DNA from: Psychrilyobacter sp. | GTDB lineage: Bacteria > Fusobacteriota > Fusobacteriia > Fusobacteriales > Fusobacteriaceae | NCBI RefSeq assembly: GCF_049671765.1 | Contig: NZ_JBATVM010000173.1 | Coordinates: forward strand, 326 to 64,325 | DNA length: 64,000 nt | Direction: 5' to 3' | In this document: positions 36,826-46,542 of the stretch, one piece after another | Layout of the letters: each line of letters begins with the position of its first letter | Position numbering within the stretch: the stretch's first letter is position 1 | Made by a program: the position numbers and the translations under genes | The notes under the pieces: generated by a model | The model's input: only the letters and a program-made list of their open reading frames with translations | Told to the model about the DNA's origin: nothing | Databases searched by the model: none

Positions 36826-37683
36826 CTACTTATCTCCGATTCCTATCTCCATATATATCTTTTTAATCTGCTGGGTATTTCTACTACTATAAAGGCTGGT
36901 ATTTTGAATGGTAGAGTATCCCATCCTATCCTTTACAACATGGGCTCCCTCTGTGTCTAAAATGTTTTTTAGGACAGAGTTTCTGATCATATGAGTATAT
37001 ATTTCTCTATCAAAGTTAGCTCTTTTCCCATATTTTATAAGTCTAGCCCTATAATTTTGTCTAGAAATACTAGAAAATATCTTGGTATTTTTATTTCTTA
37101 AAAGATCTCTTTTTTCTTCTATAAATATCTGTAATCTAGTACTTAAAGAGTTATCTAAAGGAATCTTATTTATCTTCATACCTTTAATTTGAGTGATAAC
37201 CTTATAATTTTCTGAGATTATATCTTCACATCGAAGGTCTAAGAGTTCTGATATTAAAATACCAGTATCATAGAGGATGTCCAAGATGATATTATCTCTG
37301 TATTCTTTTGGAGAGTCATCCATAACTTCTCTCAATTTATTAACTTCTTCTAAACTAAGTATTTCTAAAGTTCTTTTTTCAGGAGGAAGATTTTTTATCT
37401 TTTCCATGGGCAGACTATCAATTATACCATTTTTGTAAAAATATTTTAAATATCCTCGAATAGATATTATTTTTCTATTGATACTATTATTAGAATAGAC
37501 TTTTTTTAGGTCTTTTATGAAGTTTAAGATATCCTCTTCTACTATTTCATTTAGAGGTTTATATCTACTAAAAATAAAAAAATCATCTATATCTTTTTTG
37601 TAGGCTTCGCAACTGTTATAACTAAAATTACTGTCTTTCATATGTGTTTCAAATTTTTTAAATCCTGGCACTTTGTTAAGCAT
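36826..37683 (-). CDS. XerD-like tyrosine-recombinase-fold protein with degenerate active site
   Basis: 285 aa. LYDTGILISEL replaces ATGLRVSEL, so Arg-I becomes Leu. HMIR (HxxR) is retained. RMGYST replaces LLGHS, so His-II becomes Tyr. The Tyr in SLYSS is retained. Confidence 0.7.
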   Translation of the reverse strand: MLNKVPGFKKFETHMKDSNFSYNSCEAYKKDIDDFFIFSRYKPLNEIVEEDILNFIKDLKKVYSNNSINRKIISIRGYLKYFYKNGIIDSLPMEKIKNLPPEKRTLEILSLEEVNKLREVMDDSPKEYRDNIILDILYDTGILISELLDLRCEDIISENYKVITQIKGMKINKIPLDNSLSTRLQIFIEEKRDLLRNKNTKIFSSISRQNYRARLIKYGKRANFDREIYTHMIRNSVLKNILDTEGAHVVKDRMGYSTIQNTSLYSSRNTQQIKKIYMEIGIGDK

Positions 37684-37914
37684 CTAATCCTCCAATTGTA
37701 TTTTGCGAAACTAATAACGAAACATTTTTTGCCACCAAATTTATACGAATATTAACTTTCTTTATTATCTAATGAAAAAAATGAAATGTATCATCAATCT
37801 TCTCTGATTATTTCGATGCAGACTAAATTCTGACTTTTAAACCCTGACTTTTTTAATAGTTAATAGTCGTTTTTTTAGTCTATTAAAGTCAGCGTCAAAA
37901 GCTTTATTTAATTA

Positions 37915-39576
37915 TCAATTACCTTTTAATAGATCTTTTGCATGATTTTTTACACTTTCGCTGACTTGATCTCCTGCTAGCATTCGTGCGATCTCATCTA
38001 TTCTCTCTTCTGGATTTAGATTTTTTACTGTGGCTATGGTTTTTCCACCAACATTTTTTTTCTTAATATAAAATTGCTGGCTTGCTCTAGCTGCAATTGC
38101 AGGGGAGTGAGTTATACATATGATTTGTGCATTTTCACCAATATCATATAGTTTATCAGCGATCTTTCTCACTGTTTCTCCTCCTACTCCTGTATCGATC
38201 TCATCAAATACCAGTATAGGAACATTGTCTACAGCAGAAAATATAACCTTTAGAGCTAACATAATTCTACTCATCTCTCCACCAGAAACTACTTTGGCAA
38301 GAGGTTTCATCTCCTGACCTAGATTAGGAGCGATCATAAATTCTATTATATCCATCCCAGTTCTAGAGATCTTTTCATCAACTTTAAAATCGACTTTAAA
38401 TCTAGCGTCTTTCATATTTAAATATATCAGTTCAGAAGTTAAATTTTCCTCGATTAATTTAGCTTTGGCCTTACGAATAGCGGAAAGTTTAGAAGCTACT
38501 TCCTTATATTTTTTTAGAAGTTCCCCGATTTTTTTATTTAATTTTTTTTCCTCAAAATCACTTTCATCCAAAAGGTCCAATTCTTTTTTTATTTTATTTC
38601 GGTATTCTAAAATTTCTGATATATTTTCTCCATATTTTTTCTTTAGACTATTTATTTTATCTAATCTGTCTACCACAGCATTGAGTCTATACTCATCTGC
38701 ATCCATACTGTCTTGAATATTTTCTATATTGTATGTGAGATCCTCGACTTCATAGTAAATTTTTTCTACTTTTTCAAAGAGAGCTTCATAATCTTTTCCA
38801 TATTGAGAAAGAGATTCCATATTTTTTTTCACACTATGGAGTAAAGATGTTACATTTACTTCGCCGTCACTTATAGTATAATATGAATTTTTTAGTTTTT
38901 CGGTTATCTTACCAGCGTTAAAAAGGATCTTATATTCTTCTTCTAATTCTTCATCTTCGTTTTTAGATAAATTTATCTCTTCAATTTCAGATAGTTGATA
39001 TTCATAGAGACCTTTTTTTTCTTTGATATTATTCCTTGTATCTGAAAGTTGAACAAGGAGTCTATGGACCTCTTCATACTGAGAGACTATATCTCCTAGT
39101 TCATTTTTAATGAGATGTTCGTCTTTATTTAAGAACCTATCGATTAATTTTATATGATTTCCTTTATGGAGGAGCATTTGGTGGGAGTGTTGACCTACGA
39201 TATCTACCAAGGTTCCCATGATCTCCTTTAGGTTGCTCATAGGGACTCTTCTACCATTTACAAAAGCTTTTCCCCGACCATTAGATTCCATCCTTCTTTG
39301 GACGATTATCTCGTTATTTTCTACGTCTATTCCCATTTCATGGAGTTCTTTAACTTGATTTTCATTGGCATCAAAAACACCTTCAGCCAAAAGATAGTCA
39401 GCCCCATCTCGGAGCATCTCCATATTGGTTTTTTCACCAATAAGTAAATTAATACCTGTAAGAATAATAGATTTACCTGCTCCAGTCTCACCTGTAAGAG
39501 CTATTAATTTATCTTGAAATTCTAATTCTAATTTATCTATAATTGCTAAATTTTCAATTCGAAGTTCCCTTAACAT
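37915..39576 (-). CDS. recN: DNA repair protein RecN
   Basis: 553 aa with Walker A GETGAGKSI, a long coiled coil, the SGGEMSRIMLALK signature and VFDEIDTGVGG. Confidence 0.92.
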   Translation of the reverse strand: MLRELRIENLAIIDKLELEFQDKLIALTGETGAGKSIILTGINLLIGEKTNMEMLRDGADYLLAEGVFDANENQVKELHEMGIDVENNEIIVQRRMESNGRGKAFVNGRRVPMSNLKEIMGTLVDIVGQHSHQMLLHKGNHIKLIDRFLNKDEHLIKNELGDIVSQYEEVHRLLVQLSDTRNNIKEKKGLYEYQLSEIEEINLSKNEDEELEEEYKILFNAGKITEKLKNSYYTISDGEVNVTSLLHSVKKNMESLSQYGKDYEALFEKVEKIYYEVEDLTYNIENIQDSMDADEYRLNAVVDRLDKINSLKKKYGENISEILEYRNKIKKELDLLDESDFEEKKLNKKIGELLKKYKEVASKLSAIRKAKAKLIEENLTSELIYLNMKDARFKVDFKVDEKISRTGMDIIEFMIAPNLGQEMKPLAKVVSGGEMSRIMLALKVIFSAVDNVPILVFDEIDTGVGGETVRKIADKLYDIGENAQIICITHSPAIAARASQQFYIKKKNVGGKTIATVKNLNPEERIDEIARMLAGDQVSESVKNHAKDLLKGN

Positions 39577-40364
39577 ATCTTATCTCCCCACTTTAATTTT
39601 TCTCTTAAAACAGAATAATAATTTCTTGATTTTGGCAGAACTAATTTTAGTTTTTTATCTGAATATCTAACCTTAATAGTATCCTCCTTGGTAACTTCAA
39701 TAGGGTTTTCTCCATCGACAGCTATATAGGCAGAGTTGTTTCTTCCTTCTAATTTTAATGTTATCTCCTCTTTACCATCTACTATTATGGGTCTAGTGCT
39801 CAAATTGTGTGGAGCAATAGGAGTAATTAATAAAACATCTAAATTTGATCTAATGATGGGTCCTCCTGCTGAAAGGGAATAACCTGTTGATCCTGTAGGA
39901 GTAGCGATGATTAACCCATCTGCCCTATAGGTGTTGATATAGTGTTCCCCAGAAGCTCTAATTCTAATTAACTTTTGTAGGATTCCCCCCTTTGCTAGAA
40001 CTACTTCGTTGAGTCCAGTGTATTTTTCTCCTCGGACCTCGACCTCTAACATATGTCGTTCCTCTAATTTGTAGTTACCCATCAGAACATCTTCATAAAC
40101 TTGAAGGGCTTCGATTCTCCTAATATCTGTAAGAAATCCAAGACTTCCCATATTTACAGCAACAGCAAATTTATTGTGACTAGCTATATCTTTACTAGCC
40201 TGTAGGAGAGTTCCATCACCACCTATAACCACAACAAAGGATGATCCTTCTATCTCTGTCTGGACCTCTACACCGCAATTTTCGAAGAATTCTTTGGAAA
40301 CTTCATAAAATTTTACTGCATCCTTTTTAGAGGTATTATATATAATACATACCTTTTTTTTCAT
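39570..40364 (-). CDS. nadK: NAD kinase
   Basis: GGDGTLL motif, NMGSLGFLT and TPTGSTGYSLSAGGPI. Confidence 0.9.
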   Translation of the reverse strand: MKKKVCIIYNTSKKDAVKFYEVSKEFFENCGVEVQTEIEGSSFVVVIGGDGTLLQASKDIASHNKFAVAVNMGSLGFLTDIRRIEALQVYEDVLMGNYKLEERHMLEVEVRGEKYTGLNEVVLAKGGILQKLIRIRASGEHYINTYRADGLIIATPTGSTGYSLSAGGPIIRSNLDVLLITPIAPHNLSTRPIIVDGKEEITLKLEGRNNSAYIAVDGENPIEVTKEDTIKVRYSDKKLKLVLPKSRNYYSVLREKLKWGDKIC

Positions 40365-40465
40365 CTTTATCCCCCTGTATGACCTATGGTCAAGTATATG
40401 ATGTTTATTTTTATCTCTAAGTTTCTGTGATTTTAATTGTTAGTATAGTGAACACTGAGATATTT

Positions 40466-41584
40466 CTAAAAGTTGTTTGGGTTAGAAGATTTTAGGTTAA
40501 ATCTCATCTCATAATAAAGATATGATCTTCCGTCTGAATTAAGTCCTAAAATTCCAATTTCACTGCCTTTTTTTACTGTTTGACCTAATTTTACATAGTT
40601 TGAAATTAGGTTTCCATAAATAGTGATTAGGTTGTAACCATGGTCTATCATAACAACTTTTCCCATATTCATAAATTTGCCAGCATAAATAACTTTTCCT
40701 TTATTTGTAGAGATGACTCGATCTCCTAATCTTCCTTGGATCTCCTGTCCTGAACTACGGATACCTCCTACTTTAGCTTGTTTAAATCCAACTACAACTT
40801 TTCCAGAGATGGGTCTTTTAAAAGTTCCTAAATTTTTGGCAACAGTAGAATAATTTACATTTCCTAGTTGTTTGGTTCTAGTTCTAATTATATTATCAAT
40901 CTCTTTTTCAATTGCAACTTTTTGTTTTTGAAGGCTAGTTATAGTACTTTTAGCTTGATTTGTTTTAGCTGTTGTTATTTTTTTATCCTTATTATATTGG
41001 GCAATTAGGCTATTGTGTTGTCTTTTTTTACTCTCTTGTTGACGTTCCTTATAAGCTAGTTCAGATTGGAGTTTTTTTAGATTTCTTTGCTCTTTTTCAA
41101 TATCTTCTTTTACTTTTTTTATATTACTTTGGACACCTTTGATCTCCTCTTGCCTCTCTTGATTGGCCTTTAATATCTCTTTAAAGTTATAGGTGTCGGT
41201 TTCGTCGGTTATCTTTTTTTTCTGCCATGATTGAAGCATAGCGACATAATCATTTTCCATATTAGTGAGTTCTTTAGAACTAAATTTTAGATTTCGTTTA
41301 CCATAATCTACTTTTCTACTGACTACATCAATCTTTATTTTTAGGAGTTCTTTTTCACTTTCAATAATTTTCAATTCTTTTTCTACACGGATTATCTGTT
41401 CCTTTACCGTTTCAGTTTTTTTATTAATGGTATTAATCTTTTGAGTGTTTTGCTTGATCTCTTCACCCTTTCTTTTTATCTCATTTTCAATCTGATTGAT
41501 CTGATTTTTCTTTTCATCTAAGGTACTAGAAAATGTATTTGTAGTTATGATTATTAAAGTAAGCAAAAATATTAGTTTTTTCAT
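40466..41584 (-). CDS. EnvC-like murein hydrolase activator (coiled coil + degenerate LytM/M23 domain)
   Basis: Signal peptide, about 220 aa of coiled coil, then a C-terminal M23 fold. The metal ligands are missing (GQEIQG in place of HxGxD, YLYYEMR in place of HLHFE), as in EnvC-type activators. Confidence 0.75.
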   Translation of the reverse strand: MKKLIFLLTLIIITTNTFSSTLDEKKNQINQIENEIKRKGEEIKQNTQKINTINKKTETVKEQIIRVEKELKIIESEKELLKIKIDVVSRKVDYGKRNLKFSSKELTNMENDYVAMLQSWQKKKITDETDTYNFKEILKANQERQEEIKGVQSNIKKVKEDIEKEQRNLKKLQSELAYKERQQESKKRQHNSLIAQYNKDKKITTAKTNQAKSTITSLQKQKVAIEKEIDNIIRTRTKQLGNVNYSTVAKNLGTFKRPISGKVVVGFKQAKVGGIRSSGQEIQGRLGDRVISTNKGKVIYAGKFMNMGKVVMIDHGYNLITIYGNLISNYVKLGQTVKKGSEIGILGLNSDGRSYLYYEMRFNLKSSNPNNF

Positions 41585-41588
41585 AGGT

Positions 41589-42440
41589 CTACCTCTTAAC
41601 CTTTACTAAGTTAAAAGATAAAAATGGAAAAATAAAACTGATAACAATAATAATGATTCCTACAACTATTCCAGCTTGTATAGTTGAAACTATATAATTT
41701 AATTCGACTATTTGACTTTGGATAAACTCATAGAGGTTTAAAAAAATTAAACTACCTATAATAGCTGCTGAGATAAACTTTATATTATTTATAAAGTAAT
41801 ATGGTCTTAAGATCTCTCTTTTTTCCATCCCTAGATAAAATTTTGCTTCTATATCATGGTTTTGACTGACAACGCTGCTATGCATTATATTAAATATCAT
41901 TATTTTTATTGGAAGTAGTGTGATTATGAGTAATCCAATTATAAGTTTCTTATTTCTTTTAATTTTTTCATCCAGTGTAGTTATACTTTTTTGATTGATT
42001 ACAACTTCTTTTACACCGTCGATCTCATATATGATAACTTTTGCATTATTTAGGTTTTCTTCTCCTCGAGTCTTTACTACAAATGAATTTAAAAGAGGAT
42101 TACCTATCCCACGGTTACTAAGACCTAGCTGATCAGCTAATTTTTTAAATGCTAATTCTTTATTTAAATATCCAATTTGTTCAATCCCATCAAGAGTTAA
42201 AATGTTTTTTTCTATCTTCTCAATACTGTTTTGAGAGACGTTATTATTCATATAAACATTGAGGGTATAATTTTTAGTTAAAGCCTCATTACTCTGATAG
42301 ATGTTGTAGATAGAAATAACACTTATATTAAAAAATAAAAATGCAAAGATCAAAGTGGTGAAACTAAGGGTATAGTAAGTTATATTTTTTTGGATCAATT
42401 CATTTATTTCGGTATTCATCTGACTTATTTTTTTAAACAT
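41589..42440 (-). CDS. ftsX: FtsX-like permease
   Basis: 283 aa with TM1, a periplasmic loop and three C-terminal TM helices. It overlaps the ftsE-like gene by 8 nt. Confidence 0.75.
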   Translation of the reverse strand: MFKKISQMNTEINELIQKNITYYTLSFTTLIFAFLFFNISVISIYNIYQSNEALTKNYTLNVYMNNNVSQNSIEKIEKNILTLDGIEQIGYLNKELAFKKLADQLGLSNRGIGNPLLNSFVVKTRGEENLNNAKVIIYEIDGVKEVVINQKSITTLDEKIKRNKKLIIGLLIITLLPIKIMIFNIMHSSVVSQNHDIEAKFYLGMEKREILRPYYFINNIKFISAAIIGSLIFLNLYEFIQSQIVELNYIVSTIQAGIVVGIIIIVISFIFPFLSFNLVKVKR

Positions 42441-43083
42441 TAGATATTGCTCCCTTCTCTAAAATATATTTGTCACAATTTATCATATTTTCAATTTTTT
42501 TATTGTTGGTAAAAATTACTATGGTTTTTCCATTTTTATTGAGATCTTGAAAATATTTCATTAAACTCTCAATTTCTTCGATTTTTAAATGAATTTGGGG
42601 GTTATCTAAGATAATCAATTCAGGATCTAAAATTAAAGATCTAGCAATATTAAGTTTTTGTTTTTCCTCTAAATTTAGAGTCGTTAAAAAATCATTTTTT
42701 TTATCTAAAAGTCCAAAATTCTTTAATTGTTTTTCACCTACTTCAATAAGTTTATTAGGAGGCAACTTCGTATGGATCTTCAAAGGAAGAATTACATTTG
42801 CCAGAACATTTTTTGTTTGTATGAGTTTGAAATCTTCAAAACAAATACCTATTCTTTTTTGGATTACTTTTGAACGGCAATTAAATTTAGAAAGGTTTTT
42901 ACCTCCAACAATTATCCCTCCAGATTGTGGAGTATCAAGTTGACAGATTAGGTCTATCATCTTATTTTTTTCTATTTTAGATTTATAATTTAAAAGAGCA
43001 AACTTTCCATTTAAAACATTTAAATTTAAATTTTTAAGATGTGGTTTTTTTCCATTAGTAGTTATATTTTTAAATTTTAACAT
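42433..43083 (-). CDS. ftsE: FtsE-like ABC protein with degenerate nucleotide-binding motifs
   Basis: 216 aa in the ftsE position and of ftsE size. The Walker A position reads LLNYKSKIEKNK, the signature reads LNLEEKQK, Walker B reads IILDNP and the H-loop position reads FTNN. Confidence 0.65.
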   Translation of the reverse strand: MLKFKNITTNGKKPHLKNLNLNVLNGKFALLNYKSKIEKNKMIDLICQLDTPQSGGIIVGGKNLSKFNCRSKVIQKRIGICFEDFKLIQTKNVLANVILPLKIHTKLPPNKLIEVGEKQLKNFGLLDKKNDFLTTLNLEEKQKLNIARSLILDPELIILDNPQIHLKIEEIESLMKYFQDLNKNGKTIVIFTNNKKIENMINCDKYILEKGAISNV

Positions 43084-43312
43084 ATTGATTTCTCCTATGA
43101 AACAAGAGTTGATAATTGAAAGTTTACAGGTAGAAAATAATTACCTATTTATCATTAAATTATATCAATATTAAGAGGGTAAGGTCAATTTTCTTTTTTC
43201 CTTGATTTAAATCTTGCAATCCTTTAAAATTAAAAGAGACAACTTTATTATTATTTGAATGAAAGTATAAACTAAAAGAAGAAACCCTTAGTTGGTCAAA
43301 CAAGAGGAGTAA

Positions 43313-45391
43313 ATGATGAAAAAATTAATTATAGCTGAAAAACCCAGTCTTGGAAGAAATATAGCTAATGCGTTGGGACTAAAGAAAAAAGGGAATGGAT
43401 ATATAGAAGGGGAAAAATATATTGTTTCTTGGGCATTCGGACATTTGTTTGAATTATCAAATGTAGATGATTATTTTGGTAAAAAAATGAAGTGGAAAGA
43501 AGTCGAATTACCCTTCACACCGAGGAAGTTTAAATTTAAATTAAAGGAAAGCAAGGGGATAGCCGAACAATTTAAAGTCCTAAAAAATCTTATGGAGAGG
43601 GACGATGTAGAAGGGATCATTAATTGTGGAGATGCTGATAGAGAGGGACAGATAATAATAGATAGGATTATAAAAGAATCAAAGATAAAAAAAGAGGTAT
43701 ATAGACTATGGCTTCCAGAGCAAACCAAGGAGACTATTATAGAGGAAGTTAAAAATATAAAACCCGATAGAGAATATATAAAATTAGCATTTGAAGGATA
43801 TTCTAGAACTGTTATGGACTGGCTCTTCGGGATAAATTTAACTAGATATATAACTCTTAAAAGTGGTCAATTGATGCCAGTGGGAAGAGTATTAATACCT
43901 GTATTAAAATTTATCTATGACAGGGATATATCTATAGAAAAGTTTGTTGTGGAAAAATATATCCAGCTTGAGAGTGAATGTGAAAAAGATGAGGTTAAAT
44001 TTAAATTATCTAAAAGTACTAAATATCTTATAAAGGCTGAGAAAAAAGCTGATTTAAAGTGTGAAGAACTAAATTCCTATAAAGGGGAAGTTTTGTCTAA
44101 GGAAAATAAGGAGATAAAAAAACAACCAGGGAAATTATTTTCATTATCAAAATTACAATCTCAACTTTCAAAAAAAAATAAGATAGATTTTAAGGGATCA
44201 CTAGAAATAATCCAAAAACTATATGAAAATGGATATGTCACATATCCTAGAACAAATACAGAATATTTAGCTATAAATGAAAAGGGGAAGGTAAAACAAC
44301 TTCTAAAAGTACTTTCAAAGGATCATAATGTAAAGTTTAAAGATTCCAAAAAAATATTTGATGATGACAAGGTAGAGAGTCATAGTGCCATAATTCCAAC
44401 TATGAAATTTCCTAAAAATAGTTTAAATGGGAGAGAAAAAATAATTTATGAAACTATATTGAATCGTTTTATTTCAAACTTTGTAGCTGAAGAAACTATT
44501 ACAGCTAAAGTTGTAGTCACAATAGGTGTAGGAGAGGAAAAATTTAAACTTTCAGGAGAAAGTATTGTACAGGTGGGATTTTATAAGTATGAACCTGCTA
44601 CTTTTGAAAATAAACTTCCAAATTTTGTTGTAGGAGATACCTTTGAAGTCCAATTTCAAAAGAAACTAAAAGAAACTAAGCCCCCTAGAAAAGTATCAGA
44701 AAGGGAACTCGCAGCCCATTTAAAAAATCCATTTAGAAAAGACAGTGACACCGAAGAAGATGAGTATAAGGCTATATTAAAGGGAATCGAAATAGGAACC
44801 GAAGCTACAAGAACAGGGATAATAGAAAATGCTAAAAAATATGAATATGTATCTCAGAAAGGGTCGAATTTTTCTTTAGAACCACTAGGAGAAAAAGTAA
44901 TTGAAACATTAGATAAATTAAATATAGATCTATATAAAACAAAAACTGTAGAATTTTCTAAACTTCTAAAAAAAGTATATAAAGGAAACAGCACTATCCA
45001 AGAGACTATCGATCTAGTAACAGAGGAACTCCAGAGAATTATTGGTCAAAATATAGAGATACCTAAAGTATACAATGATTCAGAACGAGAGATAATAGGG
45101 GTCTGTCCTAGGTGTGGGAAAAATATATATGAAAATAGTAAGGGTTTTTCATGTGTAGGGTATAGAGATACCCCACCGTGTAATTTTACAATTTGGAAAG
45201 AGAGTAAATATAAAACTATAGATGTAAAAATATCTAAAACCAGAGCTAAAAAATTAATAAAAGGAGAAAATATAACTCTAAAGAAAATAAAGGGTAAAAA
45301 TGAAAAAATGTATTCAGCTGAATTTAAATTAGAGGATACAGGGAAATATGTGAATTTAAAATTAGAAAAATATTTTCCTGTAGAAGAATAA
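43313..45391 (+). CDS. topB: DNA topoisomerase III
   Basis: Toprim N-terminus KLIIAEKPS and DADREGQ. The active-site region is GYVTYPRTNTEYL. A C-terminal zinc ribbon CPRCG...C is present. Confidence 0.88.
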   Translation: MMKKLIIAEKPSLGRNIANALGLKKKGNGYIEGEKYIVSWAFGHLFELSNVDDYFGKKMKWKEVELPFTPRKFKFKLKESKGIAEQFKVLKNLMERDDVEGIINCGDADREGQIIIDRIIKESKIKKEVYRLWLPEQTKETIIEEVKNIKPDREYIKLAFEGYSRTVMDWLFGINLTRYITLKSGQLMPVGRVLIPVLKFIYDRDISIEKFVVEKYIQLESECEKDEVKFKLSKSTKYLIKAEKKADLKCEELNSYKGEVLSKENKEIKKQPGKLFSLSKLQSQLSKKNKIDFKGSLEIIQKLYENGYVTYPRTNTEYLAINEKGKVKQLLKVLSKDHNVKFKDSKKIFDDDKVESHSAIIPTMKFPKNSLNGREKIIYETILNRFISNFVAEETITAKVVVTIGVGEEKFKLSGESIVQVGFYKYEPATFENKLPNFVVGDTFEVQFQKKLKETKPPRKVSERELAAHLKNPFRKDSDTEEDEYKAILKGIEIGTEATRTGIIENAKKYEYVSQKGSNFSLEPLGEKVIETLDKLNIDLYKTKTVEFSKLLKKVYKGNSTIQETIDLVTEELQRIIGQNIEIPKVYNDSEREIIGVCPRCGKNIYENSKGFSCVGYRDTPPCNFTIWKESKYKTIDVKISKTRAKKLIKGENITLKKIKGKNEKMYSAEFKLEDTGKYVNLKLEKYFPVEE

Positions 45392-45399
45392 AAAGCAAT

Positions 45400-45428
45400 G
45401 TGACCTATATTTAATTTGTGGGTATAAT
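45400..45428 (+). promoter_or_regulatory. Possible promoter (GTGACC, 17 nt spacer, TATAAT) ahead of a long ldcA leader
   Basis: Hexamers and spacing read from the sequence. Confidence 0.4.
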
Positions 45429-45627
45429 TTATTAAATAAAAAAAGCCCCTACATCTCATAGATGGAGGGGAATAACTATATAAAATGAAAGAGGCAGTAA
45501 ACCTTTTGAGAAAAGTTTACTACCTCAGCATTAGTTCCACCATAATGTCCCTAACACACTTCAAAAGAAGTATAACCTATTTTGTGAAGGATGTAAAGTT
45601 TTATTTTTATCATTGAGGAGGAGAGAG

Positions 45628-46542
45628 ATGTTAAAAGGAAGAAAGTTAAATAAAGGAGATACTATAGGGATAGTAGCTCCTGCTAACTCTAGCTCTAAAG
45701 AGGATGTGTTGGAATCTAAAAAAAAAATAGAAAGCCTAGGGTATAGAGTTAAATTAGGAGAACATATCTTTGATACCTGGCATTCATTTGCAGGAACAGA
45801 TAAAAGTAGAATATCAGATATAAATAATTTCTTTAAAGATCCAGAAGTAGATGCTATCATGTGTCTTCGTGGTGGATACGGAAGTATAAGAATTGTTGAT
45901 AAACTAGATATTGAGATGATAAAAAAAAATCCAAAGATATTTATAGGATATAGTGATATTACAACCCTTCATGCTGCTTTAAATCAAAAGGCTGGTTTGG
46001 TTACATTTCATGGTCCCATGGCAGTTTCTAATTTTTTTGATATAGAAAAATTTACAATGGATTCATTTGTAGAAAGTATGGAAAAGAGTTGTGGTAGAGA
46101 GATAAAAAATCCAATAGAACTAAGATCTATAGTAGGAGGGAAAGTTTCTGGGATAGTGATAGGGGGAAATTTGACTACTTTTATGGGAGACATGGGGACC
46201 CCTAATGAACTTAATTTTAAAGGAAAAATATTGTTTATAGAGGAGATTAGAGAACCTACATATAAGATCGATCGTGCTCTGACACAACTTTTAAACTCAG
46301 GGAAACTATCAGAGCTAAATGGAATTATTTTGGGAGATTTTAATAATTGTATTCCTGCATCAAAATATGATATACCCCTTATGGATCTTTTAGAAGATAG
46401 ATTAAAGGATCTAGGAATTCCTGTAATTTATAATTTTAAATCTGGTCATTGTAAACCTATGATAACTCTTCCATTGGGGATAAAAATAGAAATAGATTGT
46501 GATAGATTAACGATTAAAACTTTAGAGGGAGCGGTTAGATGA
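45628..46542 (+). CDS. ldcA: LD-carboxypeptidase (S66, LdcA-type)
   Basis: A GGAGGAG RBS precedes the ATG at 45628. Motifs include GDTIGIVAPA and GYSDITTLH (Ser nucleophile) plus a C-terminal GH motif. Confidence 0.85.
   Translation: MLKGRKLNKGDTIGIVAPANSSSKEDVLESKKKIESLGYRVKLGEHIFDTWHSFAGTDKSRISDINNFFKDPEVDAIMCLRGGYGSIRIVDKLDIEMIKKNPKIFIGYSDITTLHAALNQKAGLVTFHGPMAVSNFFDIEKFTMDSFVESMEKSCGREIKNPIELRSIVGGKVSGIVIGGNLTTFMGDMGTPNELNFKGKILFIEEIREPTYKIDRALTQLLNSGKLSELNGIILGDFNNCIPASKYDIPLMDLLEDRLKDLGIPVIYNFKSGHCKPMITLPLGIKIEIDCDRLTIKTLEGAVR

Noticed and set aside
36826-37683. The XerD-like gene as the integrase of the ssrA island.
   Set aside because: It is separated from the island by smpB and a housekeeping operon, sits in a core era/recN context, and has a degenerate active site.
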